In this document: positions 29,895 through 38,913 of the stretch, piece by piece
How the letters are laid out: every line of letters starts with the position of its first letter
Numbering within the stretch: the first letter of the stretch is position 1
IMG/VR virus record: IMGVR_UViG_3300006201_000003
Coordinates: 95 to 64,094 of that record
DNA: 64,000 nucleotides
Reading direction: 5' to 3' (one strand)
DNA from: a virus
Taxonomy: Duplodnaviria; Heunggongvirae; Uroviricota; Caudoviricetes
Translations under genes and position numbers: made by a program
Notes under the pieces: generated by a model
What the model was told of the DNA's origin: nothing
Databases searched by the model: none
The model's input: the letters and a program-made list of their open reading frames with translations, nothing else

Positions 29895-30296
29895 ATGACT
29901 ACGACATATTTTTTGAATCTTGCCGCTGGTAATATTTATCGAACAAAGGAAGTTCCGGCTATTCCTACTGAGTATTGGATTGGCCTGAGCACTACTGCGC
30001 CAAATCTTAACGGTACGAATGTTACTGAGCCTGCGGCGAGCGCTGGGTATGCGCGGGTTAAGCTGGATATGCTGAGTGAGCCTGCTTCTGGCGTTGTTAC
30101 AAATGAAGCCAATATCGACTTTAATGAAAGCACTGCGAGTTGGGGAACTGTGACGCACTTTGTTGTGTTTGATGCCCAGAATGGCGGTAATCTGCTTCAA
30201 TACGGCGCACTGTCAACGCCTCGTTCTGTTGAGGCTACGACCATTATGACAATCAAGACTGGATACCTGAACCTGTCTGTTCAGAACCCAACATGA
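29895..30296 (+). CDS. Tail/baseplate structural protein
   Basis: WGTVTHFVVFDAQNGGNLL motif typical of phage tail proteins. Confidence 0.6.
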   Translation: MTTTYFLNLAAGNIYRTKEVPAIPTEYWIGLSTTAPNLNGTNVTEPAASAGYARVKLDMLSEPASGVVTNEANIDFNESTASWGTVTHFVVFDAQNGGNLLQYGALSTPRSVEATTIMTIKTGYLNLSVQNPT

Positions 30297-30320
30297 TTAT
30301 AAGAAAGGTGGAGTAGCACA

Positions 30321-31253
30321 ATGCCAAAGGAATTTGATATTTTTCTGAAGAGGCACGTTATCGAATGCGATTTGCTTGTCTACTCCATCCCATATCGTGA
30401 CGGTATCTCTGTAACAGATCGTTTGATTTTAGATGCTGCGCTTGAAGCCTATTCGCTCTATAAGTTTGTAGCGGTTCAGACCGGCTCTGTGCTTACGGCG
30501 CACATTGACGAGATGATGAAACTGTGTAAGGAGCGACTGAGTATTGGAATTGAATTTGGTGCAACGGCAGAAATTGAAGTGCATAACAATCTGTACTTAC
30601 AAAGCGATCCTATCATTTTGAACACACCAGCAGTTGAGACAATCGAACTGGTGATGAATGAGTTTCAAAATGGGCTGATTCTGGCGGCTGGTGATATTGA
30701 TACACAGGTTGCTTTATCTGCTGGTAAGGTAAATCTCGCTATGCTTCTCAATGCAGGGGTAACAGAAACAAAAAAGACAAGCCTAATTAGGCCAGATAGC
30801 AGATTACTTTTGAATGCAGAGATTCAGGAAATCAACCAGCACGATTTTATTGATGCAGATGCTACATTAGAGATTGACGCAACACTCCAAAGCCTATGTT
30901 ATCAGCTTACGATAGAAGCCAGCGCCGCTTTTGAGCTTATGGCAATGGTTATTGGCACTGAGATACGACACTCGCTTGGTAGGTGGTATAACGGGCTTGC
31001 TATCGGTGCTGCTGTAAAGGGAACAGCGGCGCAAAAATTTGAACGTGCAGAGGCGGTTATCCACCTTATGGAGAATGCGACAGGAACATTATTAAAGGTG
31101 CTCTATCCAAAGAGCTGTGGCATGGTGCTTGATGTTGCGGATGCGAATTTTGGACTGAAGCGATACCGACTTCTTAGTGAAGTGGATGATCTGACGTTGG
31201 GAGATATTGACGATATGACGCTTGGTGAGCTTGATTGGGTTGAGCTTACATGA
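30321..31253 (+). CDS. Hypothetical tail-region protein
   Basis: 310-aa ORF with RBS. Confidence 0.6.
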   Translation: MPKEFDIFLKRHVIECDLLVYSIPYRDGISVTDRLILDAALEAYSLYKFVAVQTGSVLTAHIDEMMKLCKERLSIGIEFGATAEIEVHNNLYLQSDPIILNTPAVETIELVMNEFQNGLILAAGDIDTQVALSAGKVNLAMLLNAGVTETKKTSLIRPDSRLLLNAEIQEINQHDFIDADATLEIDATLQSLCYQLTIEASAAFELMAMVIGTEIRHSLGRWYNGLAIGAAVKGTAAQKFERAEAVIHLMENATGTLLKVLYPKSCGMVLDVADANFGLKRYRLLSEVDDLTLGDIDDMTLGELDWVELT

Positions 31254-31279
31254 GTTGACGGATGGAAAGGAGGTCAAGT

Positions 31280-31570
31280 ATGTCACAAGCACATTTGGGC
31301 AGTTTCAACGGTGTTGTTACACCTAAAGTAAATATGCTGGATATTTTCAAGAAGAAAGAAATTGAAGATAACCCAAACAGCATTTTGAATTTTGGTGATA
31401 TGGTACTGAAAAAGTTTGGCATTTCTGCTCCGGTTGGAACAGTCATTGAAATTAACGGGAAAGAAATCCCACTGTTTACCGGAGTGTTTGAATTGGGGAT
31501 GAACCAGATTGACATTACCTCTTTGGTCTTTCCAGAGGCGGTTAGTGTCAACATTTACTATATGTTTTAG
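31280..31570 (+). CDS. Small hypothetical tail-region protein
   Basis: RBS AAGGAGGT before ATG 31280. Confidence 0.55.
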   Translation: MSQAHLGSFNGVVTPKVNMLDIFKKKEIEDNPNSILNFGDMVLKKFGISAPVGTVIEINGKEIPLFTGVFELGMNQIDITSLVFPEAVSVNIYYMF

Positions 31571-31586
31571 TGGGAGGCGATGGTTT

Positions 31587-32156
31587 ATGGATATGCCATT
31601 CATGGTCGCACTGAAATTTAACAGCGGCGGCGGTTCTGGTGGCTCTGGCGGCAAAGATGGTGTCGGCATCGCATCTCTGGATATTAACGACAATGGTGAG
31701 TTGGTCATTGTGTTGACCGATGGACGAGTGAGAAACCTTGGAAAGATTGTCGGTGCGGATGGCGCAGTATATGTGCCTCATATTGATGACCAAAAAGTTC
31801 TTTCATTCACAATCGAAAAGAACGCAGAAGATGTACCCGATCCCGTGAAGTTGGGTGGAAGCGGCACTGATGTCGAGGTTGTTACAGATGAAGAGGTTAA
31901 AGAAATGCTGGAGGAAGTTTTCGGGAATCAAGGAGGCTCTGGTGGCGGTACAGGTGGTGGCGAAACCGGTGGTGATGTTCTTGATGAATCCCGTGTTGCC
32001 ACAGATGCCGAGGTCTTTGAGATGCTGGAAGAGGTCTTTGGAAAATCTGGTGGCGAAAGTAGCGGAAGCGGAGGTAATACAGGCGATGTGAACGATAACA
32101 AAGTTGTTACCGATGCTGAGATGGCAGAAATGTTGAAAGAAGTTTTCGGTTCATAA
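31587..32156 (+). CDS. Gly-rich fibre/linker protein with three TDxEVxEMLxEVFG repeats
   Basis: GKDGVGIASLDIN motif, Gly linkers, repeats seen in translation. Confidence 0.65.
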   Translation: MDMPFMVALKFNSGGGSGGSGGKDGVGIASLDINDNGELVIVLTDGRVRNLGKIVGADGAVYVPHIDDQKVLSFTIEKNAEDVPDPVKLGGSGTDVEVVTDEEVKEMLEEVFGNQGGSGGGTGGGETGGDVLDESRVATDAEVFEMLEEVFGKSGGESSGSGGNTGDVNDNKVVTDAEMAEMLKEVFGS

Positions 32157-32208
32157 CCGTTAGCTTATAAGAAGAACAAAATTACGACAAAACAAGGAGG
32201 AATTTATT

Positions 32209-32991
32209 ATGGCTTATGATGTGAGCAAGCTGGCAAGATTGCAAGACCTGAAGAGTTTGGCAGTCAAGATTAACACCGATTTTGCAACAAAGGCAGAGGT
32301 TTCTAATCTCGCTAACGCTTTCAAGTCCGGCCAAGTGATTGGCAACACTGTCAAACTGTATACCAGCACTGATAAATCTGGCACTGCTGCGTTTGAGTTC
32401 GATTTCCCCGCCGAGCTGTTCTTGGATCAAACTAAGACTCAGTTCGTGCCTGCGTTCGCTTTCTCAACAGCTACCTATGCTGGTGCGACCGATCCCAACC
32501 TGGATGGTAAGCCTGTTATGGTTCTGGCTGTCAAGGGTGAGAATAACGAGATTACTTACTCTTTCCTTGATATGGCCGCTCTGGTGGACACCTACAAGGC
32601 CAAGGCAGGTGACGGCACCGCCACTGTGACCGTGAGTGGCTACGAGATCAGCGTGAATGTGAACATCTCCGCTGAGGCTGACAATGCTCTGGTGAAGAAG
32701 GATGACGGTCTGTATGTGCCAAAGGCTGATGTGGTTGATATTAGTGGCAAGGCTGACAAGGTTGATGGTGCTACTGATGGCAACTTCGCTGGTCTGGATG
32801 CGAATGGCAATCTGACGGACAGTGGTAAGGCTCCCACTGACTTCTCTAAGGTTGAAGCCAGCGATACCGCAGGCGCAATTAAGGTCGATGGCACTGATGT
32901 GACTGTCGTGGCGATTGCTACCGATGCAGAGGTCACGGAGATGCTGGATGAGGTTTTTGGTACTACTACCACTCCTGAAACCGGCGCTTGA
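32209..32991 (+). CDS. Fibre/whisker-like structural protein
   Basis: KADKVDGATDGNFAGLDANGNLTDSGK fibre repeat; highly biased codons; terminator follows. Confidence 0.65.
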   Translation: MAYDVSKLARLQDLKSLAVKINTDFATKAEVSNLANAFKSGQVIGNTVKLYTSTDKSGTAAFEFDFPAELFLDQTKTQFVPAFAFSTATYAGATDPNLDGKPVMVLAVKGENNEITYSFLDMAALVDTYKAKAGDGTATVTVSGYEISVNVNISAEADNALVKKDDGLYVPKADVVDISGKADKVDGATDGNFAGLDANGNLTDSGKAPTDFSKVEASDTAGAIKVDGTDVTVVAIATDAEVTEMLDEVFGTTTTPETGA

Positions 32992-33012
32992 TCTTGAATA
33001 GCGGCTATGTAG

Positions 33013-33042
33013 AGAGGGACAGTTTTGGCTGTCCCTCTTTTG
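33013..33042 (+). terminator. Terminator
   Basis: AGAGGGACAG/CTGTCCCTCT stem plus T tract. Confidence 0.75.
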
Positions 33043-33067
33043 TATTAAATGGATGGAGGTGAATCCT

Positions 33068-33493
33068 GTGGAAGTATACAAGGTTCCTTATTTGGAGCAT
33101 CTGAAGCAATTCGGGCTGAGAGAAAAAATCTTAATTGGTGAAGTTGCTCAAACTGCGGCAGATGCGATTGAGGAGCAGGCAGAACAGATTACCGCTTTGT
33201 CTGACAAGCTGGATAAGTTGCCTGGGATTGAAGGGAAGGTAAGCCGTTCGGTTGACACTACATTGACCGTCGCCGGCTGGGAGAACAATCGTCAGGTTGT
33301 CAATATTGATGGATTGACTGCAACGCAGAATGGTGTAGTTGGTCTTTCTCAGGACATTTCAACGGCAGAGCGTGAGACGGTAGCAGGTGCGGAGCTGTAT
33401 GTTTGTGGTCAGGCCGATGGGTCTTTTACGATTGCGTATGGCGGTGATAAGCCGACTTATGACATTCCAATTACCATTATCCTGCTCGACTAA
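33068..33493 (+). CDS. Tail fibre accessory protein (paralog of 33512-33916)
   Basis: C-terminal ~75 aa similar to the next gene. Confidence 0.6.
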   Translation: MEVYKVPYLEHLKQFGLREKILIGEVAQTAADAIEEQAEQITALSDKLDKLPGIEGKVSRSVDTTLTVAGWENNRQVVNIDGLTATQNGVVGLSQDISTAERETVAGAELYVCGQADGSFTIAYGGDKPTYDIPITIILLD

Positions 33494-33511
33494 CGAGAGG
33501 AGGAATGGATA

Positions 33512-33916
33512 ATGAGCAAAACAAAAAACTATGGGCTTTATCTTGAAGGGGATTCCACTGCTAAGTTTAAGGAATGGCGTGAAAAGCTGAACGGACTTGT
33601 CAATTCTAACATGATTCAAATTGACGAGATTCTTGCAGGTAAGGCTATTCAAAGTCAAGCGGTCAAAGCAACTTTGGTTTCGTCAAAATGGACTTGGACG
33701 GGAAGTGCGTACTCTCAAACATTGGAGATTGAAGGGCTTGCGGCGGAAATGAACGGTGTTATTGGGATTGGGCAGAACCTCTCCCTTGAACAGCTTGACG
33801 CAGTATACATGGCTGGGCTGATGGTTGGTGAGCAAGGAGACGGGACACTGACCATTCTGGCAAGCGGCGATATGCCCTATTGTGATATTCCCGTCGTCAT
33901 CATTCTCTTGGGATAA
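33512..33916 (+). CDS. Tail fibre accessory protein
   Basis: KTKNYGL..FKEWR N-terminus; C-terminus paralogous to 33068-33493. Confidence 0.6.
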   Translation: MSKTKNYGLYLEGDSTAKFKEWREKLNGLVNSNMIQIDEILAGKAIQSQAVKATLVSSKWTWTGSAYSQTLEIEGLAAEMNGVIGIGQNLSLEQLDAVYMAGLMVGEQGDGTLTILASGDMPYCDIPVVIILLG

Positions 33917-33934
33917 AGAAAGAAGGAGGTAACT

Positions 33935-35947
33935 ATGCCTATCATTGGAAATTTTCCCTCTGGCAGTGGAGGTAGCGGCGGTGGTGGTCTTGCGCTGGCC
34001 GCAGTAACAGATATTAAGGCACTGACAGCTGCGGGTAAGGTTTACATCAAGTGGACAGATCCCGATGATCTGGTGGTCGCTGGCTCTACCCTGGCGAGCT
34101 GGGGCGGCACGCTGCTTGTGCGTAAAGCGGGCAGTGCTCCCGTAAGCCGTAGAGACGGCACAGTGGTCTTGGATAGTAAGACCAGAAATGCTTATCAGAG
34201 CAGCTATTTCTGCGATAGTGGATTGACAGATGGTGTTGAGTATTTCTACAAGTTCTTCCCATACACGACTGGCGGCTCCTATACCGACAGTGCGGAGGAT
34301 GCTTTCAGCGTAACGCCGAACCCTGTTACTCTTGGCAATGTATCTGGGATGAGTGCTGAGGCGGCAGGTAATGGAAAGCTGGCAATCAAGTGGACAGACC
34401 CTGCGGCAACCGTAGTGAGCGATGGTGTGACGCTGGCAACTTGGGAAAAGACAGTTGTTGTGGTCAAAGCTGGAAGTTATGCTACCGATCCAGACGATGC
34501 GGACGCAGCATTTCGGAAAGTGGTCACAACTCGCAATCAGTATGCAACCAGTGCCTTGACTGCAACTGGGTTGACTAATGGCACAGAATATTTTGTGACA
34601 TTTTTTCCTATGTCCACGGATGGAGCAGTCAATAAGGCAAATGCGAATCGCACAACAGGGACTGCAAATCGTTTAACGCTTACGGTTCCTACGCAGAGTG
34701 GTACGCTGACATATAATGGAGATGCGCAGGCTCCTACTCTGAGCAATTATGATGCAAATAAGATGACGCTCGGAGGTGTTACCAGCAAGACGGACGCCGG
34801 TAGTTATACAGCGACTGTTACGCCGAAAGACGACTATATGTGGACTGACGGTACAATTACAGCTAAAAACGTCACTTGGACGATTGGCAAGGCGGCTGGC
34901 TCTTTGAGTCTCAGTCCTACGTCTCTGACTTTCAACATGGATAAGAAGAGTGGAACGATTGCGATTACTCGTGCGGGAGATGGTAAGATTACAGTGACAT
35001 CAAGCAATACGAGCGTTGCAACGGTATCTCTGAGCGGAACTACTGTGACAGTAAGCAGTGTCAATGATACAAATGGCGAAGCAACAATTACGGTTAGCGT
35101 GGCAGAAGGAACGAACTATAAAGCACCAGCTAATAAAACCTGTAAGGTGACGGCATCGTTTGTCAGCACCACTTTGAATGACAACAGTTGGGCAACGATT
35201 AAAGCAGTTTCTGACGCAAACCAAGGCTCTAACTATTGGAAGGTTGGCGACACTAAGAGAATCACCATCAATGGTAAAGTTGGGAACTTTACGTTCTCCA
35301 ATTTGTCCATTGATGCTTTTATTTTGGGCTTTAACCACAATAGCGCAAAAGAGGGAGATAAGCGTATCCACTTCGCAATCGGTAAGATTAACGGTACGAT
35401 GGTCAGCCTGGTTGACAGTCAGTTCGGAAATGAGCAGACGAGCGCTGGATATTTCCATATGAATACCAGTCGTACAAACTCTGGCGGTTGGAAGGGATCT
35501 GCGATGTATAAGACGCTCCTTGGCAACAGTAGAACGCCTACCAGTCCTGTCGCAAACAGCCTCATGGCAGCTCTACCAAGCGATCTGAGGGCAGTTATGA
35601 AGTCAGTGACAAAGTATACTGACAATACCGGAAACTCCTCTAACGTGGCCGCAAATGTCACAGCAAGCACTGATTATCTTACGTTGTTGGCAGAGTTTGA
35701 GGTACAGGGTGCAAGAACGTATGCTAACCAGTATGAGCAGAACAGTCAGCTTCAATATGAATACTTCAAGTCTGGTAACAGTAAGGTTGCTTATAGACAT
35801 TCTGCGACAAGCACCACGGCCTGGTGGTGGCTTCGTTCGGCCTATTACACCAACGGCAATCGTTTCTGTAGTGTGAACACCAACGGCACCGCTGACTCTA
35901 ACCTTGCCTCCTGGTCGGCGGGCGTGCTCCCCGGCTTTTTTGTCTAA
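33935..35947 (+). CDS. DGR target: putative receptor-binding protein (two FN3-like repeats, Ig-like domains, C-terminal CLec-type variable domain)
   Basis: Two KWTDP repeats; C-terminal WWWLRSA...GVLPGFFV containing the VR. Confidence 0.85.
   Translation: MPIIGNFPSGSGGSGGGGLALAAVTDIKALTAAGKVYIKWTDPDDLVVAGSTLASWGGTLLVRKAGSAPVSRRDGTVVLDSKTRNAYQSSYFCDSGLTDGVEYFYKFFPYTTGGSYTDSAEDAFSVTPNPVTLGNVSGMSAEAAGNGKLAIKWTDPAATVVSDGVTLATWEKTVVVVKAGSYATDPDDADAAFRKVVTTRNQYATSALTATGLTNGTEYFVTFFPMSTDGAVNKANANRTTGTANRLTLTVPTQSGTLTYNGDAQAPTLSNYDANKMTLGGVTSKTDAGSYTATVTPKDDYMWTDGTITAKNVTWTIGKAAGSLSLSPTSLTFNMDKKSGTIAITRAGDGKITVTSSNTSVATVSLSGTTVTVSSVNDTNGEATITVSVAEGTNYKAPANKTCKVTASFVSTTLNDNSWATIKAVSDANQGSNYWKVGDTKRITINGKVGNFTFSNLSIDAFILGFNHNSAKEGDKRIHFAIGKINGTMVSLVDSQFGNEQTSAGYFHMNTSRTNSGGWKGSAMYKTLLGNSRTPTSPVANSLMAALPSDLRAVMKSVTKYTDNTGNSSNVAANVTASTDYLTLLAEFEVQGARTYANQYEQNSQLQYEYFKSGNSKVAYRHSATSTTAWWWLRSAYYTNGNRFCSVNTNGTADSNLASWSAGVLPGFFV
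35816..35939 (+). repeat. DGR variable repeat (VR)
   Basis: 124-nt ungapped match to 36935-37058; 13 mismatches, all opposite TR adenines. Confidence 0.97.
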
Positions 35948-35970
35948 TCCACCGCAGTGTATCCAGCCTA

Positions 35971-35996
35971 ATCCCGCCCACGCAAGTGGGCGGGAT
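35971..35996. promoter_or_regulatory. DGR target-recognition hairpin/cruciform downstream of VR
   Basis: Perfect 11-bp stem ATCCCGCCCAC-GCAA-GTGGGCGGGAT 24 nt after the target stop codon. Confidence 0.8.
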
Positions 35997-36032
35997 GATT
36001 GGAGAAGAGAAAGTGGAATGGTACGGTATAAT

Positions 36033-36067
36033 GTCGCCGGCGCGAAGCGCCGGCGACGCGATTTTTT
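36033..36067 (+). terminator. Second GC-rich hairpin with T tract (terminator and/or second DGR cruciform)
   Basis: GTCGCCGGCGC-GAA-GCGCCGGCGAC then GCGATTTTTTT. Confidence 0.65.
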
Positions 36068-36206
36068 TGAAATTTGCATATTTGCCTATTTACCGTCAAT
36101 TTTCTAAAAATTAAGAAAATGATGTCATTCACCTGTCTTTAGACTGCATACAAGAGGTAAAAATAGTCATACAATGTGCTTACGCCAATTAGCTGGAGGG
36201 TTTAGT

Positions 36207-36389
36207 ATGGCTGCAAACAAGCGAGTATTTACCTTGCGTCTGTCTGATGAAGTGTTTGACAAGATCGGGGTACTGGCAACAAACGAGCATCGTTCTATCA
36301 CAAACTACATTGAATATGTGCTACTAAAACACTTGGAAGAAGTGGAACGGGAGCAGGGTTCAATCGACACTAAGGGGACGAAGCCGTAA
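36207..36389 (+). CDS. Arc-like ribbon-helix-helix DNA-binding protein
   Basis: RVFTLRLSDEVFDKI..A..EHRSITNYIEYVL pattern; RBS GGAGG. Confidence 0.75.
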   Translation: MAANKRVFTLRLSDEVFDKIGVLATNEHRSITNYIEYVLLKHLEEVEREQGSIDTKGTKP

Positions 36390-36418
36390 AGTAATATGCA
36401 CCAAGAAAGGATGAAAAT

Positions 36419-36883
36419 ATGTCGGTGCTACGAATGAAGCGTACCACGAGTAAGGCGGAATTTGTAAATACCGCTAATCAAATTTATGTGGAAACGCTGA
36501 ATTTTCTCACGCGGCTGTCTGCCAGATATTCAAGACTTATGGCGGAGGATGTCGCACATTTAGCTGGTGAGGTGATAGATCATTCTGAAAAGGCGAATAG
36601 CATCTTTCCATCGGATGACCAGCGTAAAGAACTCAGAAAGGCACATTTGCTTGAAGCAAGAGCTTCGCTGAGAGCGCTGGATGTAAGGCTTACTCATTGC
36701 TATCTGGTGATGATGCAAAACCCAGAAGGGTGCTTTACAACCAGCAAAGGCGCACAGGTGGACTCCAGAGACGCAGTAGAAAAGCTGAATCGTATGGCTG
36801 CAAGCCTTGGTGAACTTATTGACCATGAGGATGAGTTGCTAAAGGGTGCTACGAAATCTTTGGGTCAAATTAAAAAGGGATAG
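36419..36883 (+). CDS. avd: DGR accessory variability determinant (Avd-like four-helix bundle)
   Basis: 154-aa helical protein between VR and TR; EKANSIFP..RKAHLLEARASL pattern. Confidence 0.8.
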   Translation: MSVLRMKRTTSKAEFVNTANQIYVETLNFLTRLSARYSRLMAEDVAHLAGEVIDHSEKANSIFPSDDQRKELRKAHLLEARASLRALDVRLTHCYLVMMQNPEGCFTTSKGAQVDSRDAVEKLNRMAASLGELIDHEDELLKGATKSLGQIKKG

Positions 36884-36934
36884 GTTTTTATGGGTGTATT
36901 TCTGGAAACGTGACGGTAGGCTGTCGCCCTCTTG

Positions 36935-37058
36935 ACGGCCTGGTGGTGGCTTCGTTCGGCCAATTACAACAACAGCAATAATTTCTGTAATGTGAACACC
37001 AACGGCAACGCTAACAATAACAATGCCTCCTGGTCGGCGGGCGTGCTCCCCGGATTTT
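36935..37058 (+). repeat. DGR template repeat (TR)
   Basis: 13 AAY codons, 31 adenines; identical to VR except at A positions. Confidence 0.97.
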
Positions 37059-37271
37059 GCGATGCGAGGTCAAATGGAGTAACTTCGGTGAAAGACGACC
37101 TTCGCAAAAGGAGAAATACTTCCCTGGCTTTTGCCTAAAACTGCCCTTCGACGGCTCTACACGGACGCTGCTTGCATGGCGGGCTATTGCGCTAACCCGT
37201 TCCATGTGTCGAGCCAAAGTAGTTTAGATGCGCACCAACAAAACAACTATGCGGAGGAGCGAATACTTTCT

Positions 37272-38435
37272 ATGACAAGTGAAGAGCGCCACGAGGCGCG
37301 ATATCGCCGCCGAAAGGCCAAGCGGTTGGCGAATAAACGAAAAAGAAGCGAAGCGGTAGGAACTCTGGAGGATATCTTCAACTACCGTGATATGTTCTTT
37401 TATGGCAAAAAATGCTGCAACGGTGTACGTTGGAAGCAAAGCACTCAAAACTTTGAACTCCATCTGTTTTCTGGTACGGCAAGACGGCGGAAGCAGATTT
37501 TAGACGGAAAGTGGAAACCGAAAAATTGCGTCCACTTTACTCTACGTGAACGTGGTAAGGTTAGACCGATTGATGCACCTCACATTGAAGACCGACAAAT
37601 TCATAAGGTGGAGAGCAATAAGGTTTTGATTCCGCTTTATACCCCAAGCATGATCCACGATAACGGAGCAAGTCAGAAGAACAAAGGACTTCATTGGCAT
37701 TTCCATCGTATGAAAGAACAGCTTGGATGGCATTATAGGCGTTATGGTAGAAGTGGTGGAATCCTTCTGTTGGATTTGAAGAGTTTCTTTCCAAGCGCAA
37801 ATCGTAGTATCATCTATGAGCGGCATAAGCAAATGATGTTTGATGATAGGGTGCGGGCTTTTGCAGATGCGGTTGTAACATATGCCCCAAGTACAGCACC
37901 TGGTCGTGGTATGCCCCTTGGTGTGGAGCCGAGTCAACAGGAAATGGTTGCGCTACCAAGTGCGGTTGATAACTACATTAAGTGCCAACTTGGAATCCAT
38001 TGTGCTGGACATTATATGGACGATTACTATATTATTCTTCCAGACATTGAAGAGTTAAAGAAAGTCGGCCATGATATTGTCGATAAGTTCATTGAGTCTG
38101 GTATTCCAGTCAATAAGAAGAAGTGTAAAATCATTCCTTTGACAAGGCCGTTTCGCTGGTGTAAGGCAAGATTTACATTGAAAGAAAATGGCAAGATTAC
38201 TGTGAATGGAAATCGTGCGGGCATGAAGAGTGCAAGGCGTAAACTGAAACTCTTCCAGCGTGAATATATTGCTGGAAAGCGGACGTTGGCCGAGATTGAT
38301 CAGTTTATGGAAAGTCAAACGGCGTATTACAGAGGCTATAATGACCATGGCCGTCTATTGAGGTTGCGCCGTTTACACTACGCTTTATTCAACAAATATC
38401 GTATTCAAGAACAGCAAGGAAAACAAGTTGCATAA
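37272..38435 (+). CDS. brt: DGR reverse transcriptase
   Basis: GMPLGVEPSQ and HYMDD RT motifs; start MTSEERH after GGAGG (ORF track extends to 37131). Confidence 0.93.
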   Translation: MTSEERHEARYRRRKAKRLANKRKRSEAVGTLEDIFNYRDMFFYGKKCCNGVRWKQSTQNFELHLFSGTARRRKQILDGKWKPKNCVHFTLRERGKVRPIDAPHIEDRQIHKVESNKVLIPLYTPSMIHDNGASQKNKGLHWHFHRMKEQLGWHYRRYGRSGGILLLDLKSFFPSANRSIIYERHKQMMFDDRVRAFADAVVTYAPSTAPGRGMPLGVEPSQQEMVALPSAVDNYIKCQLGIHCAGHYMDDYYIILPDIEELKKVGHDIVDKFIESGIPVNKKKCKIIPLTRPFRWCKARFTLKENGKITVNGNRAGMKSARRKLKLFQREYIAGKRTLAEIDQFMESQTAYYRGYNDHGRLLRLRRLHYALFNKYRIQEQQGKQVA

Positions 38436-38447
38436 ATAAAAACGATT

Positions 38448-38482
38448 GCGTCTGAGGCGGTTATGCTTCAGGCGCTTTCTCT
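38448..38482 (+). terminator. Terminator after RT
   Basis: GCGTCTGAGG/CTTCAGGCGC stem then TTTCT. Confidence 0.6.
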
Positions 38483-38500
38483 ATTTTTGGAGGTAGACAA

Positions 38501-38899
38501 GTGGAATACAGCAACTATATTGTAAAGAAACGGGCGCGGTTTAATGCTATTTGTGGGCAAGTCAACATTCCATATGGTACAAAGGTAGAGGCGTCAGATG
38601 GTTTTTTGCTTTTGAATGGGGAAAGGCTCTGTGCAACTGTCAGCCAGAATGGTTTGGATTTCTTTGCCCAGAATGATGATGGCAATGGTGAAGAGCGTGG
38701 CAAACTGACCATTGCTATTATGCAGAGACTTGAGAAAAAGGATAAGAACCACCAGAACAGATGGGATAGAGTGTGGGATGATAAGCTGTGCCAGAAATAT
38801 CGGAGAAAGGATCACGATGATTATTGGCTGTGGAGCAAGGATTTTTTTGACGCTCCCATCTCTGATTTGCAGTACATCGAAAAGTTGATCAAGATTTGA
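38501..38899 (+). CDS. Hypothetical protein downstream of DGR RT
   Basis: RBS GGAGGT, 132 aa, Trp-rich C-terminus. Confidence 0.65.
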   Translation: MEYSNYIVKKRARFNAICGQVNIPYGTKVEASDGFLLLNGERLCATVSQNGLDFFAQNDDGNGEERGKLTIAIMQRLEKKDKNHQNRWDRVWDDKLCQKYRRKDHDDYWLWSKDFFDAPISDLQYIEKLIKI

Positions 38900-38913
38900 A
38901 AGGAGTGGTCAGA

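Noticed and set aside
36932-37138. 68-aa Asn-rich ORF
   Set aside because: This is the TR read in the VR frame; TRs are typically open because of AAY codons and act as RNA
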